Assembly (NCBI GenBank): GCA_965246895.1
Contig: OZ251993.1
Span: 718,436-782,435, forward strand
DNA length: 64,000 nucleotides
Direction of reading: 5' to 3'
Origin: Alphaproteobacteria bacterium
GTDB lineage: Bacteria > Pseudomonadota > Alphaproteobacteria > JAIXQD01
Shown: positions 57,910-64,000 of the stretch, piece by piece
Position numbering within the stretch: the stretch's first letter is position 1
How the letters are laid out: each line of letters starts with the position of its first letter
Notes under the pieces: generated by a model
The model's database searches: none
What the model was told of the DNA's origin: nothing
The model's input: only the letters and a program-made list of their open reading frames with translations
Position numbers and translations under genes: made by a program

Positions 57910-58440
57910 ATGAGCGACCTGCCCGCAATGCTGAAGATTATCCAGACGCCATCGCCAAATTTCAACGCGCGCCGTGCGCCCTTCGAAACTGGGCCGCAGT
58001 ATTTGATGATGCATTACACGGATGGCCCCTCGGCTGAGCGGGCGCGGTATCTGTTGACGCGCACTGATACGGAGCATCCGGTTAGCGCGCATTATCTGAT
58101 CGATGAAGACGGTACGATCGAGCAATTGGTCGATGATACGCAACGCGCCTGGCATGCAGGCAATGGAAACTGGCGCGGCATCACTGATATGAACAGCGCC
58201 AGTATCGGCATTGAAGTGCAAAACCCTGGCCATAGCTATGGACTACGCCCGTTCCCGCCAGGGCAAATTGCGGCGCTGATCGCGCTATCGCATGCTCTCA
58301 TGCAGCGTTGGAAGATTCCACCGGAAAACGTGATCGGCCACAGTGATTTTGCGCCGGGCCGCAAAGTTGACCCTGGCCCGTTTTTCCCATGGGAAGAGCT
58401 AGCGAAACATGGCATCGGCATTTGGCCGCGGGCTGTTTAG
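57910..58440 (+). CDS. ampD: N-acetylmuramoyl-L-alanine amidase, AmpD type (amidase_2)
   Basis: 176 aa. Contains SPNFNAR, MHYTDG, SAHYLIDEDG, AWHAG and GHSDFAPGRKVDPG. Confidence 0.85.
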   Translation: MSDLPAMLKIIQTPSPNFNARRAPFETGPQYLMMHYTDGPSAERARYLLTRTDTEHPVSAHYLIDEDGTIEQLVDDTQRAWHAGNGNWRGITDMNSASIGIEVQNPGHSYGLRPFPPGQIAALIALSHALMQRWKIPPENVIGHSDFAPGRKVDPGPFFPWEELAKHGIGIWPRAV

Positions 58441-59144
58441 CCCGCGCTATAGCGTTTCATACCGGCAAGCGTATGAACTTTGTGAGGGCGTGCCGCGTAA
58501 ATTTTGAACTCAGCAGCGACATCTTGTGGTTGTTCAATAACACCTGCAACAAAATCTTTTTCCAAACAATCTTGTTCTAGTGCCACAAGGCTAGGGAAAC
58601 GGAACTTCCGTTTTCCTGAGAGGTTTCTGCGCTCGTCGTTCAACCATTTATGTATTGCGCGCCTAGCTTGTCCTTCAGGCAACAGTCGCATGCGTTGCTC
58701 ATCGAAATATTTCAGGCATGATTTAGCAGCGTGCCGATCATTGTTAGCCAAGTAGCCAATCAGAGGGCCATAAGTGCCAACCATGTAATCGCCATCTAAA
58801 AACAGATGCGGCTGTGTAGCTGCAATTAGTGCAATTCCGTTCAAAACCAATGTTAATTGGGATACAATACGCCAAGTTTGTGGCGTCTCGATCAATCTTT
58901 GGCATGAAACGCGTAATTGATGGGTAAGAAATTTTTTCTCATCCAGCAAAGGTTTAGACCCCAATATCGCAACAGGATCAATTACTGCGAACCAATCTCG
59001 GTAAGCTGTCTGCCAATGCTGGTTTGCAGCCATGCGCAGTTTCACAACTTCGTGAGTTTGTTTTCCTTCGTGCTTTTCTACCATTTGCGCTTGGCGTTCT
59101 AGCACGCTTGCCAGCTTCCCGTTCAGCGCGACTTTGTAATCCAT
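58437..59144 (-). CDS. Hypothetical protein (orphan-like, AT-rich)
   Basis: Track ORF 58437..59267, trimmed to Met42 (MDYKVALNGK). It overlaps the ampD stop by 4 nt (convergent). No motif recognised. Confidence 0.4.
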   Translation of the reverse strand: MDYKVALNGKLASVLERQAQMVEKHEGKQTHEVVKLRMAANQHWQTAYRDWFAVIDPVAILGSKPLLDEKKFLTHQLRVSCQRLIETPQTWRIVSQLTLVLNGIALIAATQPHLFLDGDYMVGTYGPLIGYLANNDRHAAKSCLKYFDEQRMRLLPEGQARRAIHKWLNDERRNLSGKRKFRFPSLVALEQDCLEKDFVAGVIEQPQDVAAEFKIYAARPHKVHTLAGMKRYSAG

Positions 59145-59298
59145 TTCTTTGCAAACCCTCCGAATATACCCATATCGTAATAATATTAGTCCTGTTTCTG
59201 CAAGTCCTTTATTGCATTCACTATTTCCTTGTCGGCGCAGGAACGCTCGGCTACCAAGGCTATTCAATCAAAATAGAGACCTGTTAAGGAAAATCGCC

Positions 59299-59865
59299 AT
59301 GAAAGTTCAGGCCAATACCGTTCGCCCAGGGCATGTGATCGAGCATAACAATAAGCTGTGGGTCGTCTCAAAAATCCAGATCCGCACGCCCGGCAACCTG
59401 CGCGCTTTTATCCAGGTCGAGATGAAAGATGTGAAAAGCGGTAACAAATCGAACGAGCGCTTTGCCACAACCGAGTCGGTCGAGCGCGTGCAGCTCAACA
59501 CCGTGCCGATGAGCTATCTTTACAAAGACGGCAACGACTATGTTTTCATGGATCAATCGACTTACGAGCAAATAACCATTTCGCCGGAAACTTTGGGCGA
59601 GCAAGAAGCTTTTTTGCAGGAAGGCATGATCTGCGACTTCCAAATGTACGAGGATAAACCACTTTCGGTCGAACTGCCGGAAACTGTCATCCTCGAAGTG
59701 GTCGAGGCCGACCCGGTACAAAAAGGTCAGACGGTTTCGTCGTCCTATAAGCCTGCCGTTTTAGAAAACGGCGTGCGCGTCATGGTGCCGCCGTTTATCG
59801 GCACCGGCACGAAGATCGTCGTCCGCACAGCTGATGCCGAATATATGGAACGGGCAAAGGACTAA
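59299..59865 (+). CDS. efp: Elongation factor P
   Basis: Track ORF 59149..59865, trimmed to Met51. MKVQANTVRPGHVIEHNNKLWVVSK...VEMKDVKSGNKSNERF...YKPAVLENGVRVMVPPFI is collinear with alphaproteobacterial EF-P. 188 aa. Confidence 0.95.
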   Translation: MKVQANTVRPGHVIEHNNKLWVVSKIQIRTPGNLRAFIQVEMKDVKSGNKSNERFATTESVERVQLNTVPMSYLYKDGNDYVFMDQSTYEQITISPETLGEQEAFLQEGMICDFQMYEDKPLSVELPETVILEVVEADPVQKGQTVSSSYKPAVLENGVRVMVPPFIGTGTKIVVRTADAEYMERAKD

Positions 59866-59871
59866 TCTGTT

Positions 59872-60657
59872 ATGGCCATGCGCTCTGCTCTTATCAATGT
59901 CATGGCCCGCGCTGCCGAAAAAGCGGGGCGTATCTTGGTCCGCGATTTTGGCGAGGTCGAGCAGCTGCAAGTCTCGAAAAAAGGGCCGGGCGATTTCGTC
60001 ACCAGCGCCGATACCAAGGCTGAATCTATACTGCATGAGGAGCTAAGCCGCGCTCGCCCTGACTTCGATTTTTGGATGGAAGAGGCGGGTGAGCATAATA
60101 CCGGCAAGTCCGAGCGCTGGATCATCGATGCGCTCGATGGCACGCTGAATTTCCTGCATGGCGTGCCTACCTGGGCGATGTCGATCGCGGTTGAGCGCGA
60201 GGGGGAAATCGTCGCCGGCGTCATCTACGAGCCGATTAGCGACCAAACTTTTTGGACAGAAAAGGGCATGGGCGCCTTCGTTAATCACCAACGCCTGCGC
60301 GTTTCGGCTCGCAGCGTTCTGGGCGATGCGCTCTGCGGGTCGTCGGGTCGCCGTCTAACGGATGGTGATACGGCAATTTTGCAGCGGTTAACCATGCAAG
60401 CGGCTGCCATGCGCCGCATCGGATCGTGTGCACTTAGTTTAGCTTACGTCGCCGCGGGGCGGTTCGACGGCTATTGGTGCCGCAATATGCAGCCGTGGGA
60501 TCTGGCTGCAGGCTTGCTGATGGTGCGCGAAGCAGGGGGTATGGTAACAGCAATTGACGCTGACCCTAAACAGGCTGAATCGCTCATGCACTCAAAGCAT
60601 CTGATCGTCAGCAACTACCACCTGCATCAGCCGCTCGTGGGTTTGGCGAAAGCCTGA
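59872..60657 (+). CDS. suhB: Inositol monophosphatase family protein (SuhB-like)
   Basis: 261 aa. Contains WIIDALDGTLNFLHG (the DPxDGT-type motif) and WDLAAGLLMVREAGG. Confidence 0.85.
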   Translation: MAMRSALINVMARAAEKAGRILVRDFGEVEQLQVSKKGPGDFVTSADTKAESILHEELSRARPDFDFWMEEAGEHNTGKSERWIIDALDGTLNFLHGVPTWAMSIAVEREGEIVAGVIYEPISDQTFWTEKGMGAFVNHQRLRVSARSVLGDALCGSSGRRLTDGDTAILQRLTMQAAAMRRIGSCALSLAYVAAGRFDGYWCRNMQPWDLAAGLLMVREAGGMVTAIDADPKQAESLMHSKHLIVSNYHLHQPLVGLAKA

Positions 60658-60733
60658 TTTTAGGCGTGATTGCTGCCTTTGTGGCGCTTTCCCCCTTTCG
60701 AAAACAGCGTGGGCGCGGTAATGCTTTAGGGAC

Positions 60734-63313
60734 ATGAACGCCTCCCTGATTCTGCCTGCCTCCCGCTCGTTTTCATCGCCCTTAGCGCGCTTGCTGGCGA
60801 CAACGGCATTGACGACCATCTTGTTGGCCATGCCTGGTAAATCAGCGCAGGCCCAAGTCGTGATTGGCGACCAACCACCACCCACGCAGCAAGAATATCA
60901 GCAACGCCCGGTCGCACTGCCGGAACGCGGCGACTGGCCCTATAACGTCAAACTGCCGCGCAAAACGCCTGCCGCAGTTGATCCAGAAACTTTGCCGTCG
61001 CGCCGTGTCAGCCCCAAGCTGATGCAGGCGGCGCACCTCATGCAGTCTGGTCTGTCACCCTCGCAGGTGCAGGAAGCCATGGCTCAACCTGCACCGATTA
61101 TGGCGGCGCCTGAACTGCAGGGCGACAAGACCGATGCGCCCCGCGATGATACCACAACGCTGCCGGCGGTTGCCACCGGGCCGCTCATGGCCAGCCTTGC
61201 TGATAATGGAATTGGCGAAGCGCCTGCCGCAGTCGCAACACCGACTGAAGTTGCTGCAAATAACACAGCTGTGCTAACACCATCCGCAGCGCCAGCATCT
61301 GATAGTGTCATGCCATCCTCGATGGCGATGTTGGGTGAAACACCTACTGCGCCATCACCAAATTTGGCCTCACAGCTTGATGCACCAAAACCATCGACAG
61401 GGGGGCGTGCGTTGTTCGGCGGTAAGCGCGTTCAGGTTGCTGATGCCACGCCGATGGATGCGCCATCCTCATCAGAAAAATCCGTAGCGGCTGATACCGG
61501 CGACCATGTTTTAAAAGCACCAAATGATATGCCGTCGCAGAGCGTCACAGCGGCGACTAGCTCCTCGCTCGATACGCCAGCCGATACGGCCCGGAATTCG
61601 ACGCCTGCCAAAATAGCGCCGCTGACCAGCTTTTCCGCCCCGCCAAAATTACTGGCAAGGATCGGCGATAGCTCACGTGGGGCTGTGCAGCGTCCTGCCG
61701 ATAGACCTGTTACTGCCGAGTCGGCGCCAGATGCTGCGCCGGTTGAACCGGTAGCGCCTGAGGCGCCGCGTGCGCCAGAGCCGCAACCAACGCCAACGCC
61801 AGCCGCCGTGCTGCCAGCCAAAGCTGATGACACGGCGCAAGCTGCATTGGTGCCGATGCCACAACCGCAAACTGGGGATGACGATAATACGCCACCAGCC
61901 CCCGTTGTTGCCGTTGCCACGCCGGCCCCCGTTGCTACGGCCAAGCCACCAGAGCATAAGACGTTCTGGAATCGCATGTTCGGCAGCAGCGAGGATCATC
62001 CTGAATCAAAGCCTGCGCCTATGCCTCCGGTCGAACCAGCCAAGCCGCTTGCCAGTGCCACACCAAAATCACCGCCGGTTCTGGTTGCCACCACGCCGGT
62101 TGCCGTTGCTTCGCCAGTCGTCGTCGCAGCAGATGCGCAGCCTGAGCCAACGCCTGTGCCAACTTCGGAGCCGGTAGCTTCCCAAGCGCCAGTCGCCACG
62201 CATACACTGGTTGCTCCGCAATCTACTGAGCCAACGCCGGAACCGATTAAAGAAGCAGAGTCGGCGCCAGCGCCTTTGCCGCAAGCCGAAATAGCAGAGC
62301 GCCCACAAACAACCGCGCCATCGCCAGAACCTACCATTGAACCTGTTGCGCCTGTCGCTACTGCAGCGCCTATGGCCAAAAAGCCTGTCGCCAAAGCAGA
62401 ACGTCGCACGCTATGGGGCGACCTCTTCGGTTATAACGATGAAAAGCCAGCCGTTGCAGTTGCCGCGTCAGAGCCCGCCGCAGGCCCAACGGCCGATGAA
62501 GAGCCGTATGAACCGATCCCGACCGCCGGTTTTGCTGCGCCGACTGTCGTGAACGAACCCGCCACGTTATCGCGTAGCAAATCGTCGGCAAAGATAAACA
62601 CCGAAGCCGCACTACCAAAGCCGGAAGATCGCCCGCTTGAGCCCGTTGCTGAACCTATGCCAATCACGGCGCCACCATCGGCGTCAGCTTCATCACAGGT
62701 TGTAATGGCACCAGCACCATTCGCTCCGCTATCCGATGCAGAACCGCCGACTCGATACATCGAAGTCGCGCCGGAACAGGCACCTACCTATGTCCCAGCG
62801 GCGTCTGCTGATGTTGTGCCAGTGCCGATGATCATGGCACCAGCACCGGCTCCGGTCGTGCCTGCGTTCCGCGTGGAAGCGCCAACCGCGCCCAACGCCA
62901 ATGGCCTGGTAACACCACGGCTCGTGCCGATCGCGCCAGTTGGCGCTACCGCTCCGGCGGCGATGCGCGGTTCAAATTCTACCACGATCAGCGTGCCATC
63001 AGGTGCGCCACTGGCGCAGGTCAACTTCCTGCCTTCCAGCCAAAATGTCGATAGCGTCGGGCAGGCACAGCTCCAAGCCATTGCCGAAGCCATGCAAATG
63101 GGCCCGCAAACGCGCCTGTTGTTGAATGCTTATGCCAAGGCCTCGAACGAGCCAGAGTCGCGCCGCATTTCGCTCAACCGCGCGCTGATGGTGCGCACCA
63201 AGTTGGCCGAGCTTGGCATCCAGCCGTCGCGCATCGATGTGCAGGCATTGGGCGAAGATACGCCGAGTGGGATCGACGGCGGGCATGACCGCGTGGACGC
63301 GATTCTGCATTAA
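60734..63313 (+). CDS. Very large Pro/Ala/Thr-rich protein with C-terminal OmpA-like peptidoglycan-binding domain
   Basis: 859 aa. The N-terminal signal/anchor is LARLLATTALTTILLAMPGKSAQA-QV. About 650 aa of P/A/T/E low complexity follows. The C-terminus is GQAQLQAIAEAM...RLLLNAYA...ESRRISLNRALMVRTKLAELGI...RIDVQALGE (OmpA-family pattern). Confidence 0.75.
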   Translation: MNASLILPASRSFSSPLARLLATTALTTILLAMPGKSAQAQVVIGDQPPPTQQEYQQRPVALPERGDWPYNVKLPRKTPAAVDPETLPSRRVSPKLMQAAHLMQSGLSPSQVQEAMAQPAPIMAAPELQGDKTDAPRDDTTTLPAVATGPLMASLADNGIGEAPAAVATPTEVAANNTAVLTPSAAPASDSVMPSSMAMLGETPTAPSPNLASQLDAPKPSTGGRALFGGKRVQVADATPMDAPSSSEKSVAADTGDHVLKAPNDMPSQSVTAATSSSLDTPADTARNSTPAKIAPLTSFSAPPKLLARIGDSSRGAVQRPADRPVTAESAPDAAPVEPVAPEAPRAPEPQPTPTPAAVLPAKADDTAQAALVPMPQPQTGDDDNTPPAPVVAVATPAPVATAKPPEHKTFWNRMFGSSEDHPESKPAPMPPVEPAKPLASATPKSPPVLVATTPVAVASPVVVAADAQPEPTPVPTSEPVASQAPVATHTLVAPQSTEPTPEPIKEAESAPAPLPQAEIAERPQTTAPSPEPTIEPVAPVATAAPMAKKPVAKAERRTLWGDLFGYNDEKPAVAVAASEPAAGPTADEEPYEPIPTAGFAAPTVVNEPATLSRSKSSAKINTEAALPKPEDRPLEPVAEPMPITAPPSASASSQVVMAPAPFAPLSDAEPPTRYIEVAPEQAPTYVPAASADVVPVPMIMAPAPAPVVPAFRVEAPTAPNANGLVTPRLVPIAPVGATAPAAMRGSNSTTISVPSGAPLAQVNFLPSSQNVDSVGQAQLQAIAEAMQMGPQTRLLLNAYAKASNEPESRRISLNRALMVRTKLAELGIQPSRIDVQALGEDTPSGIDGGHDRVDAILH

Positions 63314-63324
63314 GTTAGTGGTAT

Positions 63325-64000
63325 TTATCGCGGCTTGTAGTCGCGGAATGTACCATTGGCAAACAGCACATTCATATCGTCATGACGCAGCGGGATTATC
63401 CCGGCTTGCGGCTTACTGTCATGCCAGATATAGCCGAAATCACTGAATTGACTGTTGCTATTACCGTGCCGCTGCAGCAAGCGAACATCGCAGTTGAAAG
63501 GGTTAGGTTCAGCATCGGATAATTCACGCGGCAGTTTCAATAATTGCTTGACGATCTGACGCATGGTAATGCCGTGATTGACGATTACAAATGTATTTAC
63601 GTTGTGATCCTCGTGTTCACGAAAAACAGAATCCAGGAAAGTCGCTACTCGGTGAGCGACCGTTACGCGCATCTCGCCGCCATACATCGGTGCAAACTGC
63701 TTCGAGCCTTCGCTCCAGTGTAGATCCTCACGGAGCACATGCTCAGGAAAACGCTCACGCCGTTCTTCGTCGGTCAGCCCATCTAGAAATCCGTGATGCT
63801 GCTCGATCAAGAAATCAGACTCATGGCAGCGCAAAGGTGGGTAACCCGTAACATCTTTAACATTGTCATAGATGCGCTGCGCTGTTTGCCGTGCCCGCAT
63901 ATAGGAACTGCAATAAAGGGCAATACCGCCAGCGGCAATATTGTCATTCAAATAATCTCGCAGAAAGTCACCACACATGTCGGCTTGTTCAAAGCCGATT
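63325..64000 (-). CDS. Histidine phosphatase (phosphoglycerate-mutase-like) family protein, partial (N-terminus beyond the right edge)
   Basis: The track ORF starts at Met 63978, but the frame stays open to the window end (..IGFEQADMCGDFL, matching the LT..G..QA..G..L region that follows the RHG motif). The downstream FVIVNHGITMR holds the second catalytic His. Confidence 0.65.
   Translation of the reverse strand, partial: IGFEQADMCGDFLRDYLNDNIAAGGIALYCSSYMRARQTAQRIYDNVKDVTGYPPLRCHESDFLIEQHHGFLDGLTDEERRERFPEHVLREDLHWSEGSKQFAPMYGGEMRVTVAHRVATFLDSVFREHEDHNVNTFVIVNHGITMRQIVKQLLKLPRELSDAEPNPFNCDVRLLQRHGNSNSQFSDFGYIWHDSKPQAGIIPLRHDDMNVLFANGTFRDYKPR

Noticed and set aside
60900-62900. Highly repetitive-looking GC-rich DNA, checked for a CRISPR array or tandem DNA repeats.
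   Set aside because: There are no regularly spaced identical repeats. The periodicity is compositional (Pro/Ala codons) within one long intact ORF.
62950-62975. GGTTCAAATTC, a T-loop-like string found during a scan for tRNA genes. Other intergenic regions were scanned as well.
   Set aside because: It lies inside the OmpA-family CDS with no acceptor or anticodon stems around it. I found no convincing tRNA, rRNA, tmRNA, SRP or RNase P signatures anywhere in the window, though a proper tRNAscan/Infernal run is needed.

Overview
The window looks like chromosomal core DNA from an alphaproteobacterium. Supporting this are the alpha-specific nucleoid protein GapR (DUF2312), the bpt-motB-motA arrangement, sdhCDAB, and alpha-type RpoB, RpoC and EF-P sequences. 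GC content is moderate to high, with several visibly AT-richer patches. I found no rRNA, tRNA, CRISPR array, transposase, integrase or prophage module.

Recognisable blocks, left to right:
- HNH endonuclease (partial), a GT2-GT4 fusion glycosyltransferase and an esterase
- sdhCDAB
- an Asd homologue, then recO
- two tandem beta-class GSTs
- parC
- Ham1/ITPase, bpt, motB, motA
- an acyl-CoA hydrolase, a MarR-like regulator and an atypical 764-aa Hsp70
- murI
- rplK-rplA, rplJ-rplL, rpoB-rpoC
- three secreted repeat or low-complexity proteins
- mug
- gapR, a Rieske oxygenase and an ABC1 kinase
- a YbbN-like thioredoxin and a LON-domain protein
- an M17 aminopeptidase
- a compact peptidoglycan-recycling neighbourhood: MarR, NlpC/P60, mpl, ldcA, yejABEF (opposite strand) and ampD
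- efp and suhB
- a very large Pro/Ala-rich OmpA-family protein
- a partial histidine phosphatase

The observations I consider most worth follow-up:
1. A two-gene, AT-rich, translationally coupled cassette of unknown function sits between sdhA and sdhB.
2. Two separate gene pairs interrupt the normally contiguous rplKAJL-rpoBC cluster, and secE-nusG is missing upstream of rplK.
3. The Asd homologue appears to have lost its NADP motif and its catalytic Cys, Arg and His.
4. EF-P has a modification-loop tip reading PGNLR instead of PGKG.
5. A 30-nt direct repeat with a 26-codon relay ORF sits at the yejB/yejE junction.

I cannot point to a recognisable defence or mobile system. The novelty claims are hypotheses that need database and structure searches I cannot run.

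Coordinates of trimmed starts are computed arithmetically from the supplied ORF track. Hand-read coordinates of hairpins and repeats may be off by 1-2 nt.
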